Below the pieces are notes generated by a model, which did no database searches, was not told the origin of the DNA, and worked only from the letters and a program-made list of their open reading frames with translations. Source: a virus. From it: a stretch of DNA of 64,000 nt. The stretch lies in IMG/VR virus record IMGVR_UViG_3300032103_000260, positions 23,224 through 87,223 of that record; one strand, given 5' to 3'. Shown here in pieces: positions 21,242 to 30,830 of the stretch. Position 1 is the stretch's first letter. Each line of letters starts with the position of its first letter. Position numbers and translations under genes: made by a program.

Positions 21242-22156
21242 TTATTTAAGTGTAAATAGTCCGTTGTCGGAAATAGCACTGATAGTTTTAATTCTGCTTT
21301 CAATCTTGTGAACTTTGATTAGTTCTTTCAATGCTTCTTTGTGGCTCATTCGCATTATCTTTTCTCTTTCCTGTGCCAAGAATGTTAGGGCTTCTTCTTT
21401 GGAAATGGCGATACTTTCAGTAGCAACGCCTTTCTCGATACTCCATAAAGGTTCAACTGCTTTTGAAAAAGAAAGAATTGTTTTGTTGATTGCTAACCAA
21501 TAGTCGGTTGCATTTTTAGAAGGATTGAGTGCCTTAACCGTTTCAAATATTTTCTTTAAAAGTTGTTGGGCTTCTGCTTTTCCTTCTTTTTCAGAATATG
21601 AAAGTAGCAACGCAAGATGTGAGTATGTGAAAACACAAACATTTTGTGTCGTTGCTTGCTGGTAAATTTGGCTTGAAGAAGTTGGAAGCTGATAAATAGG
21701 ACAAACCACCATTGCGTATGGTTTGCCACGTTTCCACCCGTGCATAGCTTGAACTTTAAAGTCCTTTTGATTTTTTGCTGTCCTGCTTAGTCGGAATGCT
21801 TTTGCATCTGCAACAAAGCTGTAATCCTTTGCAAATGCTTCAACGTCTGCTGCATCTGCTCTCTCTTTAAGCACCAAACTTTTAAGTCCTAATGCTGTGT
21901 AAGCTAATGAAAGTAAGCAGTCGGTGTATTTTGAATATAGTTTTTCTTCGCTTGTGTCGTGTCCGTAACTTTCAGGAATATTTCCGCAAAGTCGCAAGTG
22001 GTCAATTAATGAGGAAACACCGTCTTTCTTGATTTCAGCTTCTAATTCCTTCTCTAATTTTTCTGTGTCGTTACCAAAGTGTCCGCTCAGTTTTCGGATT
22101 TCTTCAATCCAATACTGTCTTGTTTTTATTGCCTTAGCTGGTATTATTTTACTCAT
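21242..22156 (-). CDS. HindIII-family restriction endonuclease
   Basis: HDTSEEKLYSK, ERADAADV, VADAKAFRLSRTAKNQKDFKV, QIY motifs. Confidence 0.8.
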   Translation of the reverse strand: MSKIIPAKAIKTRQYWIEEIRKLSGHFGNDTEKLEKELEAEIKKDGVSSLIDHLRLCGNIPESYGHDTSEEKLYSKYTDCLLSLAYTALGLKSLVLKERADAADVEAFAKDYSFVADAKAFRLSRTAKNQKDFKVQAMHGWKRGKPYAMVVCPIYQLPTSSSQIYQQATTQNVCVFTYSHLALLLSYSEKEGKAEAQQLLKKIFETVKALNPSKNATDYWLAINKTILSFSKAVEPLWSIEKGVATESIAISKEEALTFLAQEREKIMRMSHKEALKELIKVHKIESRIKTISAISDNGLFTLK

Positions 22157-22268
22157 TTATCTCTGTCAAAATGTTAGTTTTCAAATTTACTTAAATTGTC
22201 GGTTAAGCAGTCCGAAAAAGGTCAAAAGTTGTCAACGGTTGCTGTCGGTTGTGCGGTCGGTCAGCATT

Positions 22269-22444
22269 GCAGCCAACGTTGGTGTTTGCGGTCGGGCGGG
22301 GTTTAGGAGGACTTAAAAATGGAGCGCAGCGGAATGTTAAGCCCGACCTGCTCCAAACTGTCCCCCGTGACCAAACTACATTGTGAAACATAAACTTTAA
22401 TTTAACACCAAGCCCCCACATTGCATAAACATTTTGTTGGTAGC
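22269..22444. repeat. attC-like hairpin E7
   Basis: GCAGCCAAC-GTTGGTGTTTGCGG (shared with E6)...GTTGGTAGC. Confidence 0.65.
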
Positions 22445-22646
22445 TGTAGGGCCCTTGTTCACACTTTATTTGAAGCCTTGTCTTTCGTTACCCGTTAATT
22501 TTACACCAATCTTTTCGTCTGTCGTGCGGTGGGGCATTTTTCACTGACCACTTTGTCCACTTACACGAAACCGAGCACACTTATTGACTGGCTTTGGATG
22601 TGGGCTGCATGTGTGGCCAGGCAATGTGTGTGCGACTTTGGAACTT

Positions 22647-23327
22647 CTAGTTATTAGTCCGAATCTTTTTGTTCAAATAATAAACTGCAACCATGCAGTA
22701 AGGTTTGTGTTTGTTTGCTGCTCGAGCTAACCACTTTGTTTTCTCTTGCTCAAAGAATGTTGTTTTCAAATTTCTGTCAGCATACTTTTTACTTTCTGCT
22801 TCAACATTTCGCTGAACTTCCAAATAAACTTCTCGCCTTGCATCTTTAAGCGATTGCATGTTGAGATTTAAAACATCATTTAATTGATTATTGAGTGCTT
22901 CATTGTCAGTGTAGATTTCTCCTTCTGAATTGTATTTGATAATTGTCTCGCAGTCTGGAGCTGTTGAAGTTGGGTTGATGCTGAAATCTAAATCTCCTTT
23001 TCTGGTATCGCAGGTTTGAAGTTTCTTCGGTCTGCCTTCGTTACCTGTGCAAGCACCCAAAAGATTAGAGTAGGTGAGTTGCAGCCCTTCATTTCTATCC
23101 TGACACAAAAAATGTTCAACTTTCATTTCGTAAGAAACAGTTTTGTCAATTTCAATCTTCTCGGGAATTCTTTTCATGCAGTAACAACAAATGTGTCCTT
23201 GCTCTGATAAAAGATTTGCTCTTAAATCGTTCATTGCAGCTAGAGGCAAATTATGGTAGTAAGCGGGTTGGTTTGCTCTGTGTTGAACCAAAGAATTTGG
23301 TTCTTGTATTTTTGTTATTTGCTTCAT
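22647..23327 (-). CDS. HNH endonuclease, PtuB/TIGR02646-like
   Basis: EQGHICCYC, VEHF, YSNLLGAC, TCDTRKG, LNLN motifs. Confidence 0.8.
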   Translation of the reverse strand: MKQITKIQEPNSLVQHRANQPAYYHNLPLAAMNDLRANLLSEQGHICCYCMKRIPEKIEIDKTVSYEMKVEHFLCQDRNEGLQLTYSNLLGACTGNEGRPKKLQTCDTRKGDLDFSINPTSTAPDCETIIKYNSEGEIYTDNEALNNQLNDVLNLNMQSLKDARREVYLEVQRNVEAESKKYADRNLKTTFFEQEKTKWLARAANKHKPYCMVAVYYLNKKIRTNN

Positions 23328-24811
23328 TTCTTCGCTTCTTCCAAATATTCTAATTGGGTTTTTGCTCTCACGATAGCAGGGTCATCATCCCCTAAAAGTT
23401 CGGATAGTTTTTGAAACTCTGCTTTTGCATCATCTAATTTTTCATCTTCAATATGATTGAACAAAATACTTAGTGCCTTTGCAACTTTCTTATTTCTTCT
23501 CTCAACTCCCATCATTTCATACAAAATTGTGCTGATGTCTTTCCCGTAATATTTTGGAGTAATTTTTACAATCTCTCCATCTTCCATAATCTGAACTTCT
23601 GATTTTTCAGGATTGGCATTGCTCAACAACTGGGGTGAATGAGTTGTGATTAAAAACTGGCTCATATTTGTTGTGCTTGCTTCAACAAACTGAATCAAGT
23701 TTTCAATAAAATTCCTTTGCCATGATGGATGCAGGTATGTATCAGGTTCGTCAAACAAAAACAAAGTATTCTCACTGGTCACAAGTTCTGTTAATCCTTT
23801 AATGGTGATTGCCTGTTGCTCTCCCTCACTCAGTATTCCAAATGAATTTGTATTTCCTTCTTCCTCTTTAACGAATGAATACTTTGTATCTTCCCAAAGC
23901 CCTTCAATGTAAAGCGCGTTTAGCATTTTGAATAATTCTTTTTCCTCTATAAAATGCTCCCTGATTTCAAAAAGTTTTTCTTGCCCGATAATCGTAATAA
24001 TTAAATACTCATCCTGAAATGCTTCAATTACAACATTGCCAATTCTTCCTTTTGGCGGTGACTTTTCATTAATTATCAATGGACTTCCAATAGTATCAAG
24101 AAAATCCAAAAATGATTTCACTTCACCTTTTGCTCCCCACCAATTTTGTGCTTTGCCTCTTGCCCAACTTGGTTTTTTCAATCTGAAAGTGATGCTTTGT
24201 AAACCATGAATTTTTGCTCTGTCAGCAAGAAAATTCGGAACATCTCCAAACTCATAGGACAGAAGCGAAATAAGAATGATGTCAAACAATGCAGGTTCAA
24301 AGTAGAAGAAAGGTCGGTGAACAATTTTGGTTCCTTCACGATAATTCTTAGCAAGAAGTAAGTCATGTGGTTCACAAATGGCTTTCATTATTTCGGCTTG
24401 TCCTGAATAATAAATGACAATGTTGCTCGGTAAAATTCTTTCAAACCGATTGAAGCGTTTTATAATTTCATCAACCTTTTCAATGGTGTCGTTACCTGAA
24501 TAGACTTTGTATGAAAGTTCTTCTCCCGCTTTTGATGCTGAAATTTCAACTCCGATGTAATCGGTTTTGAATTCACTTGTCGTTGTGGTTTCTTCAATGA
24601 TTTCTTCTAGCCGCAACTCGTAAGTTATCTTGAAACCAAACTTTGATTTCTCTTTCAGGATTGCATCGCTGAAAATTAATGCAATCGCTTCAAGTATGCT
24701 TGACTTACCTGAACCATTTATACCAATGAGAATTGAGATATCCTTTTTAAAGTTGATGCTAAAATCATTTAGCAGTTTGTAATTGTCGATATAAAGTGAG
24801 TTCAGTTTCAT
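23324..24811 (-). CDS. ABC/AAA ATPase, PtuA-like
   Basis: GINGSGKS, LSEGEQQ, FDEPDTYLHP, TTHSP. Confidence 0.85.
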   Translation of the reverse strand: MKLNSLYIDNYKLLNDFSINFKKDISILIGINGSGKSSILEAIALIFSDAILKEKSKFGFKITYELRLEEIIEETTTTSEFKTDYIGVEISASKAGEELSYKVYSGNDTIEKVDEIIKRFNRFERILPSNIVIYYSGQAEIMKAICEPHDLLLAKNYREGTKIVHRPFFYFEPALFDIILISLLSYEFGDVPNFLADRAKIHGLQSITFRLKKPSWARGKAQNWWGAKGEVKSFLDFLDTIGSPLIINEKSPPKGRIGNVVIEAFQDEYLIITIIGQEKLFEIREHFIEEKELFKMLNALYIEGLWEDTKYSFVKEEEGNTNSFGILSEGEQQAITIKGLTELVTSENTLFLFDEPDTYLHPSWQRNFIENLIQFVEASTTNMSQFLITTHSPQLLSNANPEKSEVQIMEDGEIVKITPKYYGKDISTILYEMMGVERRNKKVAKALSILFNHIEDEKLDDAKAEFQKLSELLGDDDPAIVRAKTQLEYLEEAKK

Positions 24812-26160
24812 TATTTGTTGTTGAAAATTGATTGTTCAAATTCCTGAAGTGCCATAGAAATGTTTTCCTCGGATTTTGCTTCAAGGGCTTTAATTTTTTT
24901 TCTGTTTGAATTGTATTGCTGAATTATTTCTCTCTGAATTTTCTTGGGAGGAATTTGAATTTTGTAATCTTGTATCATTCCTGCATTCAAGTTCGGCTGA
25001 TTGTTTCCACTTGCCAATTCTCTTAATCTTTCGTACTCATTTATTAAGTAAATCCACAAAAAGTCGGTTAGAATAATTTCTTCGTTAATGTTGAATAGAA
25101 CTGCACATGCCTGATTTGTTGCAGCATCAATTCCTAACTTTGCTGTTCTCCCTCTCGTAATGCCTTGCCCATACATTGCAATTATCAATGAACCTGCTGG
25201 ATAGATTTTAGCACTACTATTTTCCAATCCCTGCTCAGTAATTTTAATCTCAGTGTCCATGATTAAGTCATTTATTACCTCTGTCGTTCTCACCCAAGGT
25301 ATATTCCCATCATAGTAATTTCTGTTTGACGTGTTTGGAGTTCCTCCACTACTTACTTTACATAGCTGTGATATTTTTAGCTCAGGATATTTGGGGGATA
25401 ATTCCCAGTTTGAAAAACTGTTTGCAAAATCTAGACCCCACTTGTCAATATTTTTGTAGCGAATGATATTGAACTTCTCCTTTTTGAAATTGATATTCCT
25501 CTTTATTCCAAAAGATACATTCAGGTAGTCAGTAATTTCTGTTTCAAGCTTTTTTAATTCGTTTTGTTGTTGCTCTGCTAACTGGATTTGCTTGTGATAA
25601 TTGCTAACTAATATTTTCTGTTTTTTAAGTGGCGGCAATGGAATCGGCAAGGAAATAAATTCTTCACTTTTTAATCTTGGTTTTGATACACCTGTAATTT
25701 TTGATGACAGATGCTCTTTAACTTTTTTTGTTCTTAAAGCAAGATGCAGATATTCTCCATCTGCTTTGGCTGTATCAATTTTGAAAACAGGATATTCAGA
25801 ACTAACAGCAAATGGTTGGGAGTTGTTGAAATGTATGCAGCCATGTCTTGCGTTAATTTTTGAGAATATGAGTGTCTGCGAAGGGACTAAAAATAATTTT
25901 CCCTTGTAGGAATTTATTTCCTCAAAATCTCGCAAAAACAGCTCACCTGAAAAATTTATCTTGGAGATAATTTGCAGATGGTCTTTCTTGATTTGCTCAT
26001 GAGAAATTGGAATTTTAATTTCCTCTAAGACCTCATTCAATGCCAAATAACCTTCTTCAACTTTGAGTGTATTTCGTGTAAATGCTTTTACATCCCAAAG
26101 AAGCAAATCTTTGAAGGGTATTAGCCGGATGTGCTTATATGTTGGATCTGTTTCAATCAT
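24811..26160 (-). CDS. hsdS: RM specificity subunit
   Basis: SSGGTP, GQGITRG, NQA, NLNA, IPLPPL..Q..I repeats. Confidence 0.85.
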   Translation of the reverse strand: MIETDPTYKHIRLIPFKDLLLWDVKAFTRNTLKVEEGYLALNEVLEEIKIPISHEQIKKDHLQIISKINFSGELFLRDFEEINSYKGKLFLVPSQTLIFSKINARHGCIHFNNSQPFAVSSEYPVFKIDTAKADGEYLHLALRTKKVKEHLSSKITGVSKPRLKSEEFISLPIPLPPLKKQKILVSNYHKQIQLAEQQQNELKKLETEITDYLNVSFGIKRNINFKKEKFNIIRYKNIDKWGLDFANSFSNWELSPKYPELKISQLCKVSSGGTPNTSNRNYYDGNIPWVRTTEVINDLIMDTEIKITEQGLENSSAKIYPAGSLIIAMYGQGITRGRTAKLGIDAATNQACAVLFNINEEIILTDFLWIYLINEYERLRELASGNNQPNLNAGMIQDYKIQIPPKKIQREIIQQYNSNRKKIKALEAKSEENISMALQEFEQSIFNNK

Positions 26161-28574
26161 TTTCCATAAATCGATTCAGGTTCGCCAACTACATTGTTTA
26201 CCATCCACGCTCTCGTTATTTTGTCATTTTCGGTTGCTGAATAAATTGCTTTTGATTGCAATGGATTCCATAACTTATTCTTTTTCGCATACTTCCTGAA
26301 CTCAACAGCAACTCCCTCCAATTCATTCTCACATTTTGCTCCAGTTGTAGTAATTCCTGCTTTCTCAACTTCAATCATCGGGATTGGGTAATCAAATCTT
26401 TCTTTTACGAGAGCTTTTACTTCCTCGGTTTTTTGTTGTTCAAGTTTTTTCATTTCACTTGTAAAAGTTGCTTTAGCAACTTTAAACTCTGCTTTCAATT
26501 TACTTTCTGTTGCAACCAACTTTTCGTATTCCACTTTATTCAGTTTTACATTTCCTTTCTTTTTTCCTTTTAAAACATTAATTTCTTTCAGTGTCTTAGC
26601 GGAATCTTTATATTTCTTGTCCGCTTTTTCTAAAGTTGCATTTAATTCATCTTCCTGTGGTTTGTATTTCTTATTTACTTCTTCAATTGCTTTTTCTGTA
26701 ATGTCAGCGTATTGCAATGCTTCTTTCTCTGTGAACTTTTTGAGGAAAAGCAAACTTGGTTTTACTGTTGCTCCGCTTGCAATAAAAACATCTTGCGGAA
26801 TAGAAGTGATGTTTATGATTTTTGCCTTGCCTTCAACAAACTCTCTTACCCTTTGTAAGCTGCTTGTATTTAATACTCCTTCTGGTAAAACAATTGCCAT
26901 TCTTCCTCCTGGTTTTAATAAGCGAATACATCTTTCAATAAACAATACTTCTGTCAGCCCACTCATTTTACCAAGTTCAAACAAGTCAAGGATTGGTCTT
27001 CCAGTTCCTTTCATTCCATTTGATTCATTTGCCCACTCAATTAGCGGCTGAATTACTTTGGCTTCGTATTCTTCTCCGTAGCGTTGTTTGTAAAGTGAGA
27101 TTTTGTTCTCGTTCGGAATATCCAAACTAGAAACCACCAATGTTTTTTCAACCCTTGAACCGAATGGAGGATTAGTAAAGATTACATCAAACCTGTCGTC
27201 AAAAATTCCATTCACATTCAGCAAGCCATCGTGATGATGCACTCCTCCGTGTCCGTCACCGTGCATAATCATATTCATCTTTGCTGTTCTTGCCATTCGT
27301 GGGTTTGCATCCGTTCCGAAAATGCAATCGTAACTCAATGTCTTTAATCTTCCCTTTTCATTTGTCAGGTCTAATTCGTAATTGAGTTGATTAAAAAGGT
27401 GGTCAACCTTTTTAATTATTTCTTCCTGCTTCTTTTCAGGAAAACTTTCAAAGTTGTCTGTGTAGTTTTCTTTTTTAATTTCTTCTTTTGCTTGCTGAAC
27501 ATCTTTCTCAATTTTCTCTCTCACGTATTCAAAGGCTTTGATTAAGAAGCCGCCACTACCACAACATGGGTCGCAAATTTTTTCACCTTCCTGTGGGTCC
27601 AATACATCTACCATGTAGTCAACAATGGTTCTTGGTGTAAAAAACTGTCCTAACTCACCTCGAAAAGTTCTGCCTAAGAATTCTTCAAATGCAATTCCTT
27701 TAATGTCATCTGATGTGTCGGAAAGATTATATTTCTGTAGCTCTTTGACTATTTCTAAGAAACTGTTCTCACGAATTTTGATAGTGTCGTTTGTCTCGAA
27801 GATTTCGTCATCTTTAAAAATCTTTTTTGTTTCGTCAAAGAAGTGCTGATAAAAAGGTTTTGAGTTCTTGCCAGCGATTTTTTGATAAGACACATTCAAG
27901 GTTTCAAACTCGTCTTTAGAAAACAGTGCCTTGGTTTTCGCTTGTTCTCTTTCGTAACGAATTTTCATAAAGAGAATTTTGCTAATTTCATCAAACGCTG
28001 CTTCTGGTGAAAGCTTGTCGTTGTTGCGAATTATGTTGTGGCATTTGAATAACAGTCTGGAAAAGTCGTCTCTTGTAAAAACTTTTGTTTGATTTAAGAG
28101 TTCTTGAATCTTCTTTTCATTATTCAGTTCGCTTGCTTTTGGAATGGAAATGATTTCATCCAATTCGTTTGGAAGTAAATCCTCATTCACTCTGAAGTAT
28201 TTTGTATTTTTCAGATTAGTCGTTACAAAGAATTTTGCTTTTGCCCATGAAGCATAGTTTGCTCCCTGATAATAGTCTTCTTCGCGGATTGAAATATGTT
28301 CTGCTTTACACTCAACAACGATTACAGGCTTTTTACTTTTTGATTTATCCTCTTTTGAGGCCCAAATAACAATGTCTGCTCTTGCTTTTCCCTGTCCTCT
28401 TTTGGAGTTGTTGACTTTCACTTCTTGTTCCATTTGTTCCAACGAATATTCATAGTCGTTTACCAAATGAACAATGAACTCCTGACGAACTTTTTCTTCT
28501 GGAGTTAGTACCAATTCTTTCCCTTTTAGCGGGGCAAAGATTTTATTGCCTGATATTTTGACCGTTAGTTTCAT
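26157..28574 (-). CDS. hsdM: HsdR-N-type nuclease fused to N6-adenine MTase (type I/IIB-like RM)
   Basis: TPEEKVRQ, ADIVIW..VECK; GQFFTP, DPCCGSGGF, TNPPF. Confidence 0.85.
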   Translation of the reverse strand: MKLTVKISGNKIFAPLKGKELVLTPEEKVRQEFIVHLVNDYEYSLEQMEQEVKVNNSKRGQGKARADIVIWASKEDKSKSKKPVIVVECKAEHISIREEDYYQGANYASWAKAKFFVTTNLKNTKYFRVNEDLLPNELDEIISIPKASELNNEKKIQELLNQTKVFTRDDFSRLLFKCHNIIRNNDKLSPEAAFDEISKILFMKIRYEREQAKTKALFSKDEFETLNVSYQKIAGKNSKPFYQHFFDETKKIFKDDEIFETNDTIKIRENSFLEIVKELQKYNLSDTSDDIKGIAFEEFLGRTFRGELGQFFTPRTIVDYMVDVLDPQEGEKICDPCCGSGGFLIKAFEYVREKIEKDVQQAKEEIKKENYTDNFESFPEKKQEEIIKKVDHLFNQLNYELDLTNEKGRLKTLSYDCIFGTDANPRMARTAKMNMIMHGDGHGGVHHHDGLLNVNGIFDDRFDVIFTNPPFGSRVEKTLVVSSLDIPNENKISLYKQRYGEEYEAKVIQPLIEWANESNGMKGTGRPILDLFELGKMSGLTEVLFIERCIRLLKPGGRMAIVLPEGVLNTSSLQRVREFVEGKAKIINITSIPQDVFIASGATVKPSLLFLKKFTEKEALQYADITEKAIEEVNKKYKPQEDELNATLEKADKKYKDSAKTLKEINVLKGKKKGNVKLNKVEYEKLVATESKLKAEFKVAKATFTSEMKKLEQQKTEEVKALVKERFDYPIPMIEVEKAGITTTGAKCENELEGVAVEFRKYAKKNKLWNPLQSKAIYSATENDKITRAWMVNNVVGEPESIYGK

Positions 28575-28777
28575 GCATTCTTTGTTGAGTTAATTAGTTC
28601 TCGAACATCTACACCTAAGAGTTTGGCTATTGCAATTAGGTTATCCATAGAGGGCTGAATTTCATTTGTACACCATCTGGAAATGGTCGTCTCGTTTTTC
28701 TTCAGCTTTTCAGCCAGCCATTTATTTGTTCTTCCCTGTTCGGCCAATACCGCTTTTAATCGATTAATTGGTTTCAA
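28571..28777 (-). CDS. XRE-family HTH regulator
   Basis: NRLKAVLAE..NKWLAEKL..TISRWC..QPS. Confidence 0.85.
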   Translation of the reverse strand: MKPINRLKAVLAEQGRTNKWLAEKLKKNETTISRWCTNEIQPSMDNLIAIAKLLGVDVRELINSTKNA

Positions 28778-29490
28778 TAGGAATTTTTAGGTGGTTCGTG
28801 GGCAATACGAAACATAAACTGTGCAAACAGTTCACGTTTTGCGTGTCCAGTATCTTCTCTATCCATTGCAAGCTCAACTTTCGTTTTGCTTACTCCTTTT
28901 TTACTGTCGCCTTTTGCTCCGCCAACTTGAGCCGTTGCAAATGGCGGATTGATGTAAACTATCCAAGTAATAGTTGGGTCGGCTAATTCATCTCTTAATT
29001 TTTTTGGAAGTTTCCAATTGGGTTCAAAAGGCAAATTTCCTTTGTTGAAAACGTATTCAACATCATCATTCAAGTAGTCGTATTGAAAACAAGTTGCGTT
29101 TGGAAAAACCTTTTTCAAATGGTCTGCTTCGCTTCCGTGAAGCGTGGACATATACAAATACTTGTATGCTTCGGCAGGTAAGTGATATTCAAGGTTGCCT
29201 GATTTATACCAATTTTTTCCAAGCACTTCGTTCCAATAGTGAACTGCTTTTTGTCCGAAACGCAAAGGCGTGTAAAATTCACCTTCAAATCTTCTTTGGC
29301 TTTCGTCTGTTAGTCGGTCAAGTTTTGCGTGAATGCCGTTTATTGTTTCGGCATTTTCTACATAGTCGTAAACACTCCAAAAATAATCGTAGTCCTTCAT
29401 AAGAACTTTTTGCGTTTTTGAGTTCTTGTCTTCAAATGTGAAAACTACTCGGCTGTTGTCTTTGTCAATGATTACTTTTTGTTACGCTGA
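28774..29490 (-). pseudogene. Truncated DNA methyltransferase-like gene
   Basis: GEFYTP and YINPPF present, but no glycine-rich motif I between them; coding-like sequence continues 5' of the ATG to the 29493 junction. Confidence 0.6.
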
Positions 29491-29492
29491 AT

Positions 29493-29501
29493 GTTGGCGG
29501 T
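29493..29501. repeat. Lone GTT core half-site E8
   Basis: GTTGGCGGT, exact complement of ACCGCCAAC at 30102; no hairpin to its left. Confidence 0.6.
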
Positions 29502-29513
29502 GCGGTTTATTTA

Positions 29514-30203
29514 TTAACCATTTCCCATTACATCATCAACAGCATATTCCATTGCATCTTGAATGGTGTTAAATTCCTTAGTAGAATCAAATTTAAATTG
29601 ATTTGGGTATGGTCTGTCAGGACAATCTATTTTTACAACATTAAAAACAATTTTATTTTTATCAATATTTTTCAATTCATTAATTTGTTTATCAATAAAA
29701 TCTAATTCGGCAATGATATTATTTTTTATTTTATTTAATGGTGTTGAAATAATTGGTTTAAGTTCTATTACCGAATTATCACCAAACGTGTCAGGCATAA
29801 CTAATTTTACACATAAATTATTATTCTCTGTGTTTTTGTAAATATGTGCTTCAAACCCAGTTGTTTCATGTGTCCTATATTTATGAACTATAACATCACC
29901 AATCTTTGTTCCACCGTCAGTATGTATTTCATTCTTTAAGTATTCTCCAAAGGATTCAATCAAATTATCAATATTGTCAAATTGTGGTCTGTTCAATTCG
30001 TTGATAATTTTTTTTAAAGTCTCTTTCGATTCACCTAATTTTTCACTTAGTTTCATAATTTCTCTAATTTTATTCGTTAATGTCTGTCTTTTTTTAAACT
30101 GACCGCCAACGAATGAAGATATACGCAGTTTTGAAGCGTAGGCTTTAAGCGTTTGGGAAATTGCGTATATCTTTTGTTGTATTTTGTTTATTAATTTTTT
30201 CAT
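29514..30203 (-). CDS. Hypothetical protein (cassette 9; start either 30203 through E9 or the internal MKLSEK)
   Basis: 229-aa ORF, phage-like AT content. Confidence 0.6.
   Translation of the reverse strand: MKKLINKIQQKIYAISQTLKAYASKLRISSFVGGQFKKRQTLTNKIREIMKLSEKLGESKETLKKIINELNRPQFDNIDNLIESFGEYLKNEIHTDGGTKIGDVIVHKYRTHETTGFEAHIYKNTENNNLCVKLVMPDTFGDNSVIELKPIISTPLNKIKNNIIAELDFIDKQINELKNIDKNKIVFNVVKIDCPDRPYPNQFKFDSTKEFNTIQDAMEYAVDDVMGNG
30102..30184. repeat. attC-like hairpin E9
   Basis: ACCGCCAAC..AAGATATACGCA / TGCGTATATCTT..GTTGTATTT. Confidence 0.75.
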
Positions 30204-30319
30204 AATTTTATTTTTTATTTATAAAAATAGTAATTTATTTCTAATTTATCAACCCTTCCCACAAAAAAAAGAAAAAGATTTTATTGTTATTAATTAAATT
30301 TTATCTAAATAACCCACCA

Positions 30320-30452
30320 GCTTATAACAAGGTGTATATGTAATGTGAGTTTCAGTGGTATGTCTATGTTCATTATTCTAATTAAGTTCTGTGGTTAAGT
30401 CAAGTTTAGTGTTTCAAATATCACACTACATATACACCCAATCCTTATAGAA
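30320..30452. repeat. attC-like hairpin E10 (E2/E3 family)
   Basis: GCTTATAAC-AA-GGTGTATATGTA / TACATATACACC..CTTATAGAA (GTT mutated to CTT). Confidence 0.75.
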
Positions 30453-30460
30453 TATTGCCA

Positions 30461-30700
30461 CTAAATAGGGCATCGATTACTATAACATTTTTTTCCATCA
30501 GTCGGAAGGTTGCAGACTTTACAAAAATTGTCCTGTGGCAACGATTCTATAACAGCACCTAAACGAAATTTTTTAACCTCGCTTAGTACTATATCTAAGG
30601 CTTCTGTCAATTTCTTAGGTTCGTGAATCATATCTTCTCTTTTGCCAAGTCTCCATTCTTGGTGGTATTCAAGTATTTCTATTGCTGTTTGTAATTCCAT
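30461..30700 (-). CDS. Small protein beginning inside hairpin E11
   Basis: 79 aa with a CKVC..C..C C-terminus; crosses the GTT core at 30553. Confidence 0.55.
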   Translation of the reverse strand: MELQTAIEILEYHQEWRLGKREDMIHEPKKLTEALDIVLSEVKKFRLGAVIESLPQDNFCKVCNLPTDGKKCYSNRCPI

Positions 30701-30754
30701 TTTCGTTTATTTAATCGGTTAAAAACTGTCGTTTAGCTGCGCACCGTTATATGT
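30545..30754. repeat. Long attC-like hairpin E11
   Basis: TTCTATAAC..CTAAACGA..TTTTAACC / GGTTAAAA..TCGTTTAG..GTTATATGT. Confidence 0.65.
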
Positions 30755-30830
30755 AATGCTACGTTATCGCTTCGTATTAAGTTTCGTGGTTATAATCTTT
30801 TTGTTTTATTTTTTATCCCACAGCACAAAT

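Noticed and set aside
22647-24811. Retron
   Set aside because: PtuAB-like effectors are present but there is no reverse transcriptase (no YxDD) or msr-msd in the window.
15033-30754. Recurring repeats as a CRISPR array
   Set aside because: The units are long, divergent hairpins separated by whole genes at irregular spacing; there are no constant-length spacers or cas genes.
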